DNA from: an uncultured bacterium
GTDB taxonomy: Bacteria > Patescibacteriota > Minisyncoccia > Phycocordibacterales > Phycocordibacteraceae
Length of the DNA: 64,000 nt
Direction of reading: 5' to 3'
Assembly: GCA_963851445.1 (NCBI GenBank)
Contig: CAWKPH010000001.1
Coordinates: forward strand, 61,813 to 125,812
Shown here in pieces: positions 46,799 to 57,366 of this stretch; position 1 is the first letter of the stretch; the number at the start of each line of letters is the position of its first letter. Below the pieces are notes generated by a model, which was given only the letters and a program-made list of their open reading frames with translations, did no database searches and had not been told where the DNA came from. Both the position numbers and the translations under genes were made by a program.

Positions 46799-48625
46799 CT
46801 ATCCGAAGGTGAAAGTATAGGCTTGAAGACCAGCACCCATGACTTTAATCATGACGGTATGCACTCCTGGAGTTGCATCCTGCACGAGTGTGTACAACCG
46901 ATCCGCGCCAATGACTGCGGTAGAGGTTGTTGGATTCACATCACTTCCCGCAAGTTTCCCAACTGGCGCGCCATCAAGAAATACTTCAATGGTCGTAGGT
47001 GTTTGAGCGCTTGCTACCATATAAAGATTGTGGGCGTCATACATGTACTCGATGGTATCGGAAGTTCCTACTGTCTGCGCATACTCTGGCTCAAAATCCC
47101 ATGTACCTCCGAGATAGAGTGCGTTAGGACCGATTGCTCCTGAAGGAATCGTGAGCGTCTGATCTCCCGATTGGCCCTGCGTCCCATTTGCTAGGTATCC
47201 ATTCCTATTCGAACCGAAATAGGTTTCCGGGCTCTGTATTGCATCGAGGCCGGGGTCGGGGAGGGTTGTTAGAGGAGTGCTTGTAACAGACGTTGCTATA
47301 CCTAGACGTGCAGCGCGCTCAGCAAGCGCTGCTTGTATAGCTTTTTCAGTCTCACTATAATCGCCTTCACCTGCATGATCATCGGTTATGTATCCATCAA
47401 TGTCGATGACATAGTCGTGCGGCCAGTATTCGTTACCATAGGCATTCCAAGTGTTGTATTCATTATCAAGCACGACTGGATAGGTTATGCCGAATTGCTT
47501 GAGCGCTGCGGCTACATTGCTCACAAGATGCTCAAATGCAAATTCAGGTGTTGATACGCCGATGATGACGAGGCCCTGATCCTTGTACTTCGCATACCAC
47601 GATTCGAGGTATGGAAGTGTGCGCTGACAGTTGATGCAACTATAGGTCCAGAAATCGAGGAGTACAACGTTTCGTTCGCGATATCCTGCAAGCGTGATGG
47701 GCTTACCGCCCGTATTGAGATAAGCATCAGGCATCACGAGTTCTGGTGCAAGATGATACTGTGCATTCTTCATTGCAAGTGTCGCTGCTGATGGCGGAGA
47801 AACTACTTGAGATGAGGCATCTGGTTGAAGGTATGTCGTGGCAATACTGGTTGACGCAGTACCTTCTTCGTTTGGTGTTGAGCTTCCTGTACTACCTAGT
47901 GTAGTTCCCTGCTTTGCTAAAAGACCTTGCTCGATTTTCGTCTCATCAAAGACACTGTAAAGCGGCGCCTCGATGGCTGCAGCGAAACCCGTAATGATCA
48001 GGATGCCGATGAGAATGAAAATTGCACCAATAGTTCGTTTGAGCCACCCATTTGGATCAGACGCGATATTCAACCTATCCATGATGCGCTGACCAACGAA
48101 TGATATGAGAAGCAGTGAAACGCACATGCCGACGATATACGCGAGAATATCAGCAATACCTACCGAAAGACTAACGGGCAGTACCGTTGCAAGAACAAGG
48201 AAATAGGTGGGACTACAGGAAGAGAATACGGGTCCAAGTGCCGCACCCACAAGAATATCTCCCCAAAATGTTTGTTTGTTGAATGCGCTCGACATTGCAT
48301 CACTTGAACGGCTGTTCATTTTGGCCGCAAATGGAATCATGTCCCACAATTTCGGGAACAACATAAAAAGTCCGATGACTATAATCAATCCCCCGGAGAA
48401 CGTAGTCCAAAACCAGGGCGGCACTGCGATAAAAACGGTTGAGACCTTAAGAAGTAGTGTGAAAAGAAATACCGATATGCCAAGCGAGAGAGTGACAGTA
48501 GCTGCGCGTCGTATACTTGTTCCCCCTGCGAGTGATCCGCCAACGACAACTGGTAAAAAAGGAAGAACACAGGGTGAAAGAACTGTAAGTACGCCCGCTA
48601 AAAGTGCTATAAGAAATAGTGCCAT
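46799..48625 (-). CDS. dipZ: DipZ-like protein (DsbD/CcdA membrane domain + thioredoxin domain + C-terminal domain)
   Basis: LSPCVLPFLP, FSSCSP, DFWTYSCINCQRTLP, TPEFAFE, AYTFTFG. Confidence 0.88.
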   Translation of the reverse strand: MALFLIALLAGVLTVLSPCVLPFLPVVVGGSLAGGTSIRRAATVTLSLGISVFLFTLLLKVSTVFIAVPPWFWTTFSGGLIIVIGLFMLFPKLWDMIPFAAKMNSRSSDAMSSAFNKQTFWGDILVGAALGPVFSSCSPTYFLVLATVLPVSLSVGIADILAYIVGMCVSLLLISFVGQRIMDRLNIASDPNGWLKRTIGAIFILIGILIITGFAAAIEAPLYSVFDETKIEQGLLAKQGTTLGSTGSSTPNEEGTASTSIATTYLQPDASSQVVSPPSAATLAMKNAQYHLAPELVMPDAYLNTGGKPITLAGYRERNVVLLDFWTYSCINCQRTLPYLESWYAKYKDQGLVIIGVSTPEFAFEHLVSNVAAALKQFGITYPVVLDNEYNTWNAYGNEYWPHDYVIDIDGYITDDHAGEGDYSETEKAIQAALAERAARLGIATSVTSTPLTTLPDPGLDAIQSPETYFGSNRNGYLANGTQGQSGDQTLTIPSGAIGPNALYLGGTWDFEPEYAQTVGTSDTIEYMYDAHNLYMVASAQTPTTIEVFLDGAPVGKLAGSDVNPTTSTAVIGADRLYTLVQDATPGVHTVMIKVMGAGLQAYTFTFG

Positions 48626-48670
48626 AAACTTTGTCTAGGAATATATAGCAAGTGTAGTTAATTTTTTAAG

Positions 48671-48694
48671 CTATGTAAAGCGAGCTTTACATAG
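48671..48694. promoter_or_regulatory. Operator-like palindrome over the dipZ -35 box
   Basis: CTATGTAAAGC-GA-GCTTTACATAG, perfect 11-2-11; minus strand gives TTTACA-N17-TACACT. Confidence 0.7.
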
Positions 48695-48725
48695 GTTGTG
48701 GATGACTTCCAATTCACTTTTTAAG

Positions 48726-49094
48726 TTATCCATGAGTGTCCCGATACTCACGGGTTCCAAGTTTTGCAAGGATCATTACCGCTAATGTTGCTGGTATCCA
48801 CAAATCTATGGTGTGTGTAAGACCCTGGTATATAAGTGCGATTGTGAGCATGCCTGCGGCTACGAGATACGCAGTACGTCCGGAAATCGTCCGATTAATT
48901 TCTTCGCGCTCATCGCGAGCATTTTCGGTAAGCACAAATCCCACCCACACGAAGACAAGGGCTGTTACACCCGTCAGTACCACCATAAGGAGTGTGCTAG
49001 GCATCCAGAACATAAAAGGATTCGAAAGAAGCACGAGGAGTGCGACAAGTGCGAAGGTAACGAGGTATTCGAAGAATCTGCGAGGGGTTTTCAT
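48726..49094 (-). CDS. DUF2178-like membrane protein
   Basis: TM helices around the DERE motif (ARDEREEINRTISGRTAY); 4-nt overlap with the HTH gene. Confidence 0.7.
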   Translation of the reverse strand: MKTPRRFFEYLVTFALVALLVLLSNPFMFWMPSTLLMVVLTGVTALVFVWVGFVLTENARDEREEINRTISGRTAYLVAAGMLTIALIYQGLTHTIDLWIPATLAVMILAKLGTREYRDTHG

Positions 49095-49300
49095 ATAGGT
49101 GAGATATAAAAGAGATCTTCGACAGGCATGCCGAATGTGTGTGCTAGCTCGAGCGCTAGTGAAACCGATGGCGTGTAGTTCCCTTTCTCAATAGCAATAA
49201 TGGTCTGTCGAGAGACTCCGACACGCTCTGCAAGCATTTCTTGAGTCATGCCACGGTCGATACGTACTTTGTTGATGTCATTTCTTACTTCCCGGGCCAT
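49091..49300 (-). CDS. XRE family HTH regulator
   Basis: MTQEMLAERVGVSRQTIIAIEKGNYTPSVSLALELA; start placed at ATG 49300. Confidence 0.92.
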   Translation of the reverse strand: MAREVRNDINKVRIDRGMTQEMLAERVGVSRQTIIAIEKGNYTPSVSLALELAHTFGMPVEDLFYISPI

Positions 49301-49306
49301 GCGACT

Positions 49307-49347
49307 ACTATAGAAGTATACAAAGTCTATGTCAAAGGAACTTGTCA
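49307..49347 (-). promoter_or_regulatory. Leaderless sigma70 promoter with operator-like site
   Basis: TTGACA-N17-TATAGT-N6-ATG; TGACAAG-TTCC-TTTGACA overlaps the -35 box. Confidence 0.75.
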
Positions 49348-49363
49348 TTCGTTTTTAAGACCC

Positions 49364-50104
49364 TTACGAAGTTGTGTAGTCACCTACTTGGTCAGCGCAG
49401 TAATTCGTATTATTGCTCAAGAACGCGCATAACGTGAAATCAATACCTTGGTCCGTAGCGCTATATGTATAAGGCTCGTGCGTGAAGGGGTCAGTGGGTA
49501 TGATTTGCAAGTAATTTGGAGCAAGTTCATTGAGTGAATCAGGATACGTATTTTGGTTATCGAAATACGCGCCCAGTGCCTTTTGAATCGTTTGTATATC
49601 AGATTCCCGCAAGGTATCAACGGTGGTTCCATCGACTTGAACTCCCTCGGTCTGACCTGGTGTAGTTGTTGTAGCGGGAATTTGTGATGCGGGCGTAGGA
49701 TTGCCGAAGAATCTTGGGTCAATAGATCCCTCGACCCTATTTACAGTGGATACCGCAGTTGGTACCCACAGGTTTTGTGTAAACATAAGTGTACCGCCCA
49801 GGATAATAAGGATACCGAGAAATATGCTTGTCGAGACGATTGCAGCTGATGTTCTTTGCTTTGGAGAATTGTCGGGAACATATTGGGTTGCTTGAACAGG
49901 TGCTGGCTCGGCGTTTACTTGCACTACAGGCATGGGGGTTCCTGGTGCAGGGGTAACGTTGGCGTAAAGGAACTCATTAAAGCCAGCATTAATATCCTCT
50001 ATCTCCCAGTGGTTTTCGAGTAATACACGCGTAATCTGCTCACGGGCTATCCCTTTTGAGAATCCTTTACGGATGAAATCTATAAGCTCGGCAGGTACTG
50101 CCAT
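49364..50104 (-). CDS. Bitopic protein with C-terminal pseudopilin (GspG-like) head domain
   Basis: RESDIQTIQKALGAYF...YPDSLNEL...IPTDPFTHEPYTY after a central TM. Confidence 0.65.
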   Translation of the reverse strand: MAVPAELIDFIRKGFSKGIAREQITRVLLENHWEIEDINAGFNEFLYANVTPAPGTPMPVVQVNAEPAPVQATQYVPDNSPKQRTSAAIVSTSIFLGILIILGGTLMFTQNLWVPTAVSTVNRVEGSIDPRFFGNPTPASQIPATTTTPGQTEGVQVDGTTVDTLRESDIQTIQKALGAYFDNQNTYPDSLNELAPNYLQIIPTDPFTHEPYTYSATDQGIDFTLCAFLSNNTNYCADQVGDYTTS

Positions 50105-50139
50105 GATGAATAGTTAAACACAATACTACTCGCTTTTCA

Positions 50140-50523
50140 TTAAGACCCGGTGGAACCTAGATACCACAAAACGAGACCAATAATAACAGCTACAACGCCA
50201 CTTGCGACAAGGATCGAATTCGATGCGAGCTTTCGATAAAAGGATATCGAGGTGTTCGGAAAGAGTGTGATAAATGTACCCTTGATAAGCATGAGCCATC
50301 CGATGATCGTAATGACCAACTGCAGGTTAGAGCTCCAAACATTGTTGAGCCCTATCGTCACTGCTCCTGCGATGAAGGTGATTACTCCAAGGGTCCATGT
50401 TAGACCCTTGCTCTCCTTCAGATCGTTCATTACTGCCATGAAATATTTCTTATTGAGTACGGAGAGACCAACCAAAACAAATACCGCACCGAGGACTTCA
50501 GACAAAACATTTGTTGCAGCCAT
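50140..50523 (-). CDS. Small integral membrane protein
   Basis: Four TM segments; ITIIGWLMLIKG. Confidence 0.75.
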   Translation of the reverse strand: MAATNVLSEVLGAVFVLVGLSVLNKKYFMAVMNDLKESKGLTWTLGVITFIAGAVTIGLNNVWSSNLQLVITIIGWLMLIKGTFITLFPNTSISFYRKLASNSILVASGVVAVIIGLVLWYLGSTGS

Positions 50524-50693
50524 ACGAGTGATCGTTAATAGTACCTCTAAATTCTAGCACTCTTATGTAAGCTAAAGTCGATGTTGCGAACAATCCGCCA
50601 TAAAAGCCCATTTCATTGGTCTTTTATAAACCTGGGCTCTCAAGAATACTGTTGGAACCTAGCTTGAGAAACTCGGCAAAGAGAGGCCTTGTA

Positions 50694-51887
50694 TTAGCTT
50701 TCTATAACGACCGCTGCCGTCGTGAAGGTGCTTGGGAGTGTTTCTAAGTTAGAGTACGCAGTTGAATCTGAAGGACCGTATTGAATATGATCAAGTGTTG
50801 CGTAGTAAAACTGACCTCCTCCTCCTACTTTCGAAGCTGTCACAGTAAGACTTTCGGTTTGGCCAGCCGGAATGAGGAAATTGCCGTCTGCAGTTCGAGA
50901 AGCAGTTGAGGAAACAGCTTCCGCTGTTGGGACGCTTGACGTACCTGTTCCCGAGCTATGAATAACTGGTTCGAAACCCGCCGGACCACCATAAACATAC
51001 AGAGTTTCCCCGCCTGCCGTCACATTAAAGGTAAAGGTGAAATTGCCAGTTTGTGTGGTGACACCAGATCCGTTGTTGACTACCGTCACGGCGGTGGTCG
51101 GTGTACCAACGGTCAAAGCGTTGCTTGTTATGCCAGCTCCACTTGTCGTAAGTGTACCCACTGTAAGCAGATTAGACTGAGAATCATAAGTAAGAACAGT
51201 GTAGGTTCCAGCTTTAAGAGCACCGAAGTTGGCGGACCAGTTTGTACCCGATATTGTTTCTGCTGCTGCAACTGCTGGTCCGTCTCCCTTGAGAAGCTGA
51301 CTTACTGTACCCCAATCCGTACTGCCCTTGTAATTTGGTCCTACAATCACAACTTGTGTTGGTAGGGACACTATGCCGCTCAGTGTAAAGGGTGTATTTG
51401 GTGCTGGGTGAAGACTACTCTCAGTTATCGACTCGGAGGAAGAGATGTTTTGTGTGACGCTGCATGTAGCTGTCACACCTAATGCTCCATGAAACACAAG
51501 TGTGTACGTCTTAGAGTATGGTGCTGACAATCCACTCGAGGTCCATGAGGATGTGGACTGACCATTTGCTGGTAAGTTTCCTTTACCACCTAGCAATCCA
51601 CTTGCCTCGGTCATGTAGAGGGCATTTGTGCTGCTCCAGGTAATTGTAGATTGCTGATCCGGCATGACCGATGTTGCGCTTAACGTAACATGGCATGTAG
51701 GCTTGACAGCAGCTACTGGAGGAGAAGAGATTGCGGTTACTGCAGCTGCTTGTAACGAATTAACTTGTGTAAGCAACGCTTGTAGTTCGGTCTCAAGATT
51801 GCTTATGGTGTCCGCATGGGCAAATGGCGCGATAAAGAAAAAGGCAAGGAAAACCGCTACGCCACTAAAGGCTAGTTTCTTAGTCAT
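50694..51887 (-). CDS. Secreted beta-rich surface protein
   Basis: Signal peptide AHA-D, short coiled coil, Ig-like segments (STITWSSTNA). Confidence 0.75.
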   Translation of the reverse strand: MTKKLAFSGVAVFLAFFFIAPFAHADTISNLETELQALLTQVNSLQAAAVTAISSPPVAAVKPTCHVTLSATSVMPDQQSTITWSSTNALYMTEASGLLGGKGNLPANGQSTSSWTSSGLSAPYSKTYTLVFHGALGVTATCSVTQNISSSESITESSLHPAPNTPFTLSGIVSLPTQVVIVGPNYKGSTDWGTVSQLLKGDGPAVAAAETISGTNWSANFGALKAGTYTVLTYDSQSNLLTVGTLTTSGAGITSNALTVGTPTTAVTVVNNGSGVTTQTGNFTFTFNVTAGGETLYVYGGPAGFEPVIHSSGTGTSSVPTAEAVSSTASRTADGNFLIPAGQTESLTVTASKVGGGGQFYYATLDHIQYGPSDSTAYSNLETLPSTFTTAAVVIES

Positions 51888-52082
51888 ACGAGCTGAAAGT
51901 GAATATGTTTAATACCTTAAGAATACACTGACTTCTACTCAGCGTATTGGGAGATGGGGATAGTTACGATGGAATCAATAGACATCCCGCACACATGCCT
52001 CATGCGAAGCTTGTATTTACGTATCCAAACGACCCGTACTCTTGTGGGCGCTGTTGGAACCAGAGTCGTTAGGGATTTTTAA

Positions 52083-55000
52083 TCAGTTTTCCTCTGTAGC
52101 AAACTGTGCCTTCACGGCCTTGCCCGGCCAGCGTGTATAGATTATCGGGATGAGGAGGAGTGTCAGCAACAGTGAAAAAGCGAGACCGAACATAATAGTG
52201 AACGCGAGCGGACCCCACTCCGGTGAGACAAGGGAAAGAGGAATCATGCCAATGACTGTGGTGATGGTCGTAAGTAGAATCGGTCGTAGTCGTATCGATG
52301 CCGCCTGTACAACAACTTCATCTAGTGTCCGCCCCCCGTGTTCCCTACCGATACGGGAAATAGAGTCCATGAGTATGATCGCGTGATTTATGATGACACC
52401 CGCAAGCGCAACGATACCGAGCATCGCTGGAAATGAGAGGGTGGAGTTCGTAATGAATAGGCCCGCAAAGACACCAGTAAGCGAGAGAGGGACGATGAGT
52501 AGTAAATACAGGGACTGCCTGAATGAATTAAACTCCAGGACCAAGATGGCGAGCATGAGTACGAGTCCGGCAATGAAAGCGATAACGACATCACTGAACG
52601 AATTTGCGATGCTCTGCGCATCTCCCTGTACGTTGATCGTAACGCCGGTAGGAATCTGCGAGGCAAATTTCTTTTCGAACTCTTGGGTGATTTGTGTCGC
52701 GTTACCTGTATTGGTCACGTCGGATGAAAGCGTTACGTCACGGTTGCCGTTGTCATGATCGATCTCCGTCTGGGACGGCTGATACGAAACCGTAGCTATC
52801 GACGAAAGTGGCACGGGGCCATTCGCGCTAGGAACCGTAAGAGCCTCAATGGCATCAATCGTCGTGTTCGTCGTCTGGCTTGGATCAGTATAGTTTGGAT
52901 TAAGTGCGATCTTCACATACACATCGATCTGGTTCGTGCCTGATTCAAGCGACGTCGCTTCGGTCCCATAGAGCGCAGAACGGAGCGTGCCCGCCACCAC
53001 AGTTGGCGAAATACCGAGATTCGCGGCTTCAGCTGCATTCAGCGTGATATCAAATTCTGAGCTGTCATTCTTTGTACTGGTGGTGACATTCGTTGTGCCT
53101 GGAATCTGTGCCAGTACCTGAGCACCCTTTTCCACAGTTTCGGTAAGTAGTGCGGTATCAGTGCCCTCGAATTCAATCGATACAGGCGCGCTGGTTGAGG
53201 GTCCAGAAACTGGTCCTGATACGGTAACGTCGGCATCTTTTACCGGTGCCAGCTCCGTACGAAGATCCTCAATATATTTATTACTATCTTCATGGCCTGA
53301 TTTGAGGGTGACGGTTATATTGGCCACCTGGCTTCCCGAGGATCCGCCGCCAGTAAATGCGCTGCCCTGTCCCACACTCGTCACAAAATTCGCGATCCGC
53401 TTGTCGTTATAGAGAATCTCTTCCACCTCGCGCGTCGCAAGGTCGGTGGTGCTAAGCACGGTTCCCACCGGTTCTTCAATCTGTACATAAACCGAATCTG
53501 TAGAACTCGCTGGAAAGAAATCAACTTTTATTAATCCTAGTACAGGGAACATCATTGCGATGACAAAGAGAATACCCATTGTCCAGAGGAAGCGGTTCTG
53601 GAATGTGCGGTCGTGAAGCACGTTCGACAAGAACTTCACATACCACGTCTTTATGCGATGCATGATGCGCTCCTGATTACTTTCTTTTATATGCCTTTTT
53701 GGCGGCTTCACGAAAAAGGTCGCAAGGAGTGGCACCATACCGAGTGCAACACAGATGGAAGCAAGGAGTACGAAAATGATAGTGAACGGAATACTTTGAA
53801 TGAACTTGCCTACAATGCCGCTTAGAAAAAGAAGCGGCACGAATACCGCAATAGTAGCGCAGGTACCAGCGAAGAGTGGCAAGGCGTAATCATGGAGCGC
53901 CTCGACCGCCGCGTTGAAGCGATTTTCTCCAGCTTCAATATGTGTATGAATGGCTTCGACGACCACGATACCTGAATCTACGAGAATACCTATGGCGAGA
54001 ATAAGAGCGAACAATGAAATGAAGTTCAGTGTGTTGCCTGAAAAATCCAAGCCGATGAACGCTATAAGAAACGAGAGAGGAATTGAGGCGGCCGCCACGA
54101 CCGCTTCACGCCATCCGAGTGTGAGAAGGAGAATAACGATTACAAGCGCTACCGTTTCGAGACCTGCTTGGGTCAGTTCGGATAGATCCTGGTCGACGAG
54201 CATCGAGCCGTCACTCGTGATAACGACTTGTGTGCCTGAGAGTGTGGTCTTCTGGAGCGTAGCAATCTCTTTTTTTACTGCTGTTCCAACCGTATCTATG
54301 TTACTGTCGGTACTTTTGTAAACAGAGAGCGTGAGCGCTGGTTGAGAAGGATGACCGCCTACCGATACACGCGAGTACGTCGTGGGGTCCTCAAGACCAT
54401 CGACGACATTTGCTACTTCGCCTACCGTTACCGTTGCTCCCGAAGGCGTCGTGAACGACACGTTCGCTACGTCTTCAGGAGTTGCGACACTTGCATCGAG
54501 TCTTACGTCGTAGGAAACACCGCTAACAGTGATAGAGCCTTCGGGCGATGCAAGACTCGCAGCAGAAATGGCGCTCGTGATGTCTGAGATGCTAATCCCA
54601 TATTGCTGTAGTGCCGACTGCTGAACAATCACTTGTACCTCGCGAGGCTGGACCCCGGTGAGATCGACGGTAGCAACGCCTGACACGCGTTCTAAATCGG
54701 TTTGTACTTCCTGCCCAAGTTCAGTAAGCTCTCCCGGTGCTAGATCCCCTGAAACGGAAGCAACGATGACGGGCTGGTTTGTGAAGTTTACCTGTGTTAC
54801 GGTAGGCGTTTTCGCCTCCGCGGGGAGCTCGCTCTGAAGCTGGTTTACTTCATTCTGAAGCGATTGGATAGACTGATTGACATCAGCATTTGCATCAAAC
54901 TGTACTTCGATGGTGGAAACACCGTCTACAGATGATGAGGTGACTTCCGATACATTCGAAAGTCCAAGCACACCGTTTTCAATCTTATTCGTTACGAGCT

Positions 55001-55184
55001 GCTCGACATCACTTGCCGATGCACCAGGAAGAATAGTTGTTACGATACCGATCGGAATCGAGATGGCTGGAGAGGCTTCCTTGGGTATGGTTAAAACTGC
55101 ATAGAGGCCCGAGAATACAAGCGCAATCATCAAGAGCACCGTGAAATGTTCTCTTTTCAGGAAGAATTTCCAAAATCCGGTCAT
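52083..55184 (-). CDS. RND efflux permease (AcrB/AcrD/AcrF family)
   Basis: 1033 aa; PGASASDVEQLVT, IGILVDSGIVVVE, RLRPILLTTITT. Confidence 0.95.
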   Translation of the reverse strand: MTGFWKFFLKREHFTVLLMIALVFSGLYAVLTIPKEASPAISIPIGIVTTILPGASASDVEQLVTNKIENGVLGLSNVSEVTSSSVDGVSTIEVQFDANADVNQSIQSLQNEVNQLQSELPAEAKTPTVTQVNFTNQPVIVASVSGDLAPGELTELGQEVQTDLERVSGVATVDLTGVQPREVQVIVQQSALQQYGISISDITSAISAASLASPEGSITVSGVSYDVRLDASVATPEDVANVSFTTPSGATVTVGEVANVVDGLEDPTTYSRVSVGGHPSQPALTLSVYKSTDSNIDTVGTAVKKEIATLQKTTLSGTQVVITSDGSMLVDQDLSELTQAGLETVALVIVILLLTLGWREAVVAAASIPLSFLIAFIGLDFSGNTLNFISLFALILAIGILVDSGIVVVEAIHTHIEAGENRFNAAVEALHDYALPLFAGTCATIAVFVPLLFLSGIVGKFIQSIPFTIIFVLLASICVALGMVPLLATFFVKPPKRHIKESNQERIMHRIKTWYVKFLSNVLHDRTFQNRFLWTMGILFVIAMMFPVLGLIKVDFFPASSTDSVYVQIEEPVGTVLSTTDLATREVEEILYNDKRIANFVTSVGQGSAFTGGGSSGSQVANITVTLKSGHEDSNKYIEDLRTELAPVKDADVTVSGPVSGPSTSAPVSIEFEGTDTALLTETVEKGAQVLAQIPGTTNVTTSTKNDSSEFDITLNAAEAANLGISPTVVAGTLRSALYGTEATSLESGTNQIDVYVKIALNPNYTDPSQTTNTTIDAIEALTVPSANGPVPLSSIATVSYQPSQTEIDHDNGNRDVTLSSDVTNTGNATQITQEFEKKFASQIPTGVTINVQGDAQSIANSFSDVVIAFIAGLVLMLAILVLEFNSFRQSLYLLLIVPLSLTGVFAGLFITNSTLSFPAMLGIVALAGVIINHAIILMDSISRIGREHGGRTLDEVVVQAASIRLRPILLTTITTVIGMIPLSLVSPEWGPLAFTIMFGLAFSLLLTLLLIPIIYTRWPGKAVKAQFATEEN

Positions 55185-55187
55185 GAG

Positions 55188-56843
55188 CTATTGGCTAGCT
55201 GCACTGGCACCTGTGTTGCCACTTGTGGGAGAACTCGATGCTACAAGCACGGCGTCTCCTGCTGAGAGACCGCGCGCATCCGTGACTATTTCAAGGTTGG
55301 CGGGAAGCGCCGTTGTTATTTGTATAAGATCGCCTATGACCTGACCAATCTGCACCGCATGTGCGACGAGATGTCCGGTCGAATCAACGGTAAAGACATC
55401 TCGCTCATTCGGAAGGAGTTTTACCGCGGTGAGAGGGACTTCAATATTCGGAGTTGTGGATGCTATTCCTTGAGTCGAAGTCGCTACGGTAGTAGCGGAG
55501 GTGGGCAGTGGCGGAAGTGCTACTTGCACGGACTGCCCATTCACAAGGTCTGCACCTGCGTTCACCGCAACCTCGACTTCAATTTGTTCTGTCGTGGGAT
55601 CGAGCGCTGGTGCAATGGTTGTCACCACGCCACTGTAGGAATTGTCGATAGTAAGCGTATCGCCTATCATCAAACGATTTGCATCTTGCTGCGAGAGCTC
55701 TAGGATTACTTGAAGCGCATTATTTTGAGCAACAGTTGCGACATGTTGATCAAGGCTTACATAATTCCCAACGGTAATCGGAAGATAATTAACCGTACCC
55801 GCAAATGGTGCACGTATGATGGTCTTTTCATAAGCAGCCTGCGCAGCGCGTAGTCCCCCAAGCGCTTCTTCAACGCTCGCCTGCGAACTGGTAACTCCTG
55901 CACCAGAAGAATCATTAGTGCTTTGTGTTTGACCGACTGCTGCTGCAGTGACACTTGCGTTATAGGACGTTTGAGCATTTGTTACACCTGCCTGTAATGT
56001 GCTAACAGTACTTTGTGCCGCGGCAAGACCAGCAAGTTGTGCAGCGGTTGCGCCCGATCCCTGCATGCTCGCAAGCGTCGTTAGACTCGTGAGGAAGGAC
56101 GCAATCGTTGTTAGATTGCTTTGCGCTGTTGAAAGGAGTGTCAACGGATCGGTCGTGTTGGCGGTTGCGAGGCTTGCCTGCCAATTCTGCATAAGAACCA
56201 TGATGTTTGCGTCCTCGCGCGAAAATGTGTAGTTGGTGTTAAGTGTGTTGATAAGCAATTCCGGTCCTACCGGCGTATTATTACCAAAAAGTGTGCTTAC
56301 ATCTGTCGCGAGCACATCCTGTAAACTTGTGTACGTTGATTGATAGGTGTTGCGTGCCGATGTCTGTGCCTGTGCAAGCGAGACTGTTGAGTTTTGGGAT
56401 TGTAGCGACGTCGCGTGTTCTGCAGCAACCGCTGCATCGTATGCCCCTTGCGCCTGTAATACCGCAGCATCTGCTGCAGATCCATCAAGACTCGCAATGA
56501 CGAATCCCGCGGGAACCGTTGCACCGAGTGTCGTATTGACGGCTTCGACCGTTCCTGCCGATTGTGCAAGAATATTTGCCTCGCTTACTGACTGAACCGT
56601 TCCGGTAACGAAAACACCGTCAGTACTCTCATTAAAGGAATCAAGACTCGCAAGTGTTACCGTCGGCACTGAGCCAGAAGCTGTAGCGGGCTTGGTAATA
56701 TGGGCGAGTGCGAGTCCTCCACCTATGATGATAAGAACTATTACGCCGATAATGATTTGTGTACGGCGCGAAAATGAAGAAAACTTTTTCCAAAGTTTTG
56801 TAAAAAAAGCGCCAACCCGCGCGACTGCGGAGGATAGATTCAT
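55188..56843 (-). CDS. RND periplasmic adaptor with long coiled coil
   Basis: TM anchor, IRAPFAGTV, IAPALDPTT, VPLTAV; directly upstream of the RND permease. Confidence 0.85.
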   Translation of the reverse strand: MNLSSAVARVGAFFTKLWKKFSSFSRRTQIIIGVIVLIIIGGGLALAHITKPATASGSVPTVTLASLDSFNESTDGVFVTGTVQSVSEANILAQSAGTVEAVNTTLGATVPAGFVIASLDGSAADAAVLQAQGAYDAAVAAEHATSLQSQNSTVSLAQAQTSARNTYQSTYTSLQDVLATDVSTLFGNNTPVGPELLINTLNTNYTFSREDANIMVLMQNWQASLATANTTDPLTLLSTAQSNLTTIASFLTSLTTLASMQGSGATAAQLAGLAAAQSTVSTLQAGVTNAQTSYNASVTAAAVGQTQSTNDSSGAGVTSSQASVEEALGGLRAAQAAYEKTIIRAPFAGTVNYLPITVGNYVSLDQHVATVAQNNALQVILELSQQDANRLMIGDTLTIDNSYSGVVTTIAPALDPTTEQIEVEVAVNAGADLVNGQSVQVALPPLPTSATTVATSTQGIASTTPNIEVPLTAVKLLPNERDVFTVDSTGHLVAHAVQIGQVIGDLIQITTALPANLEIVTDARGLSAGDAVLVASSSPTSGNTGASAASQ

Positions 56844-57015
56844 GCCAGAAAAGCTTGTATCGAGTTTCGGGGGGCACTCATAGTCGAATTATAGCATTTT
56901 AGACACTAGTTTCTAACGTTCCTTAGGTCGCCATACGAGCTTGTATTTACTTCTCCAAAACCGATGCGCGTCTTAGCGGATACTATCCGCAGTAAATGAA
57001 ATAGCGGCTGAAGTT

Positions 57016-57366
57016 TTACCTCCGGCCGCTGCGCTTTTTGTTCCTTTGGAAATGCTTGGGGAAACGATCTTTCTTCTGCTGGTTGCACTTGCCGCACGCA
57101 ACCACCATATTCTCGATATCGAATTCCGAACCCCCTTTTGAGACTGGAATCCTATGATCTACCGTGGCCCTGTGAGATCGCCTTGCTGCTGCGAGCTGGC
57201 GTTCGCGGGTTGAACGCGGATTCTTCTCAATCTCCACAGCCAGATAAACATCGTGACGGCAATAATGACAAATCTTTCCATCCCGCTCGATAAGGAGCGG
57301 AAGGAAGTACGCGGTATCTCCCGCAGTCCATTCTCGAGGCAACGTAAGTCTCCCATGCCAAGTCAA
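57016..57366 (-). CDS. HNH endonuclease (zinc-finger type)
   Basis: RDGKICHYC ... TVDHRIPVSKGG ... NMVVACGKCNQQK. Confidence 0.88.
   Translation of the reverse strand: MTWHGRLTLPREWTAGDTAYFLPLLIERDGKICHYCRHDVYLAVEIEKNPRSTRERQLAAARRSHRATVDHRIPVSKGGSEFDIENMVVACGKCNQQKKDRFPKHFQRNKKRSGRR

Noticed and set aside
50144-50160. GGTGGAACCTAG as a further array motif copy
   Set aside because: It lies within coding sequence and may be coincidental.
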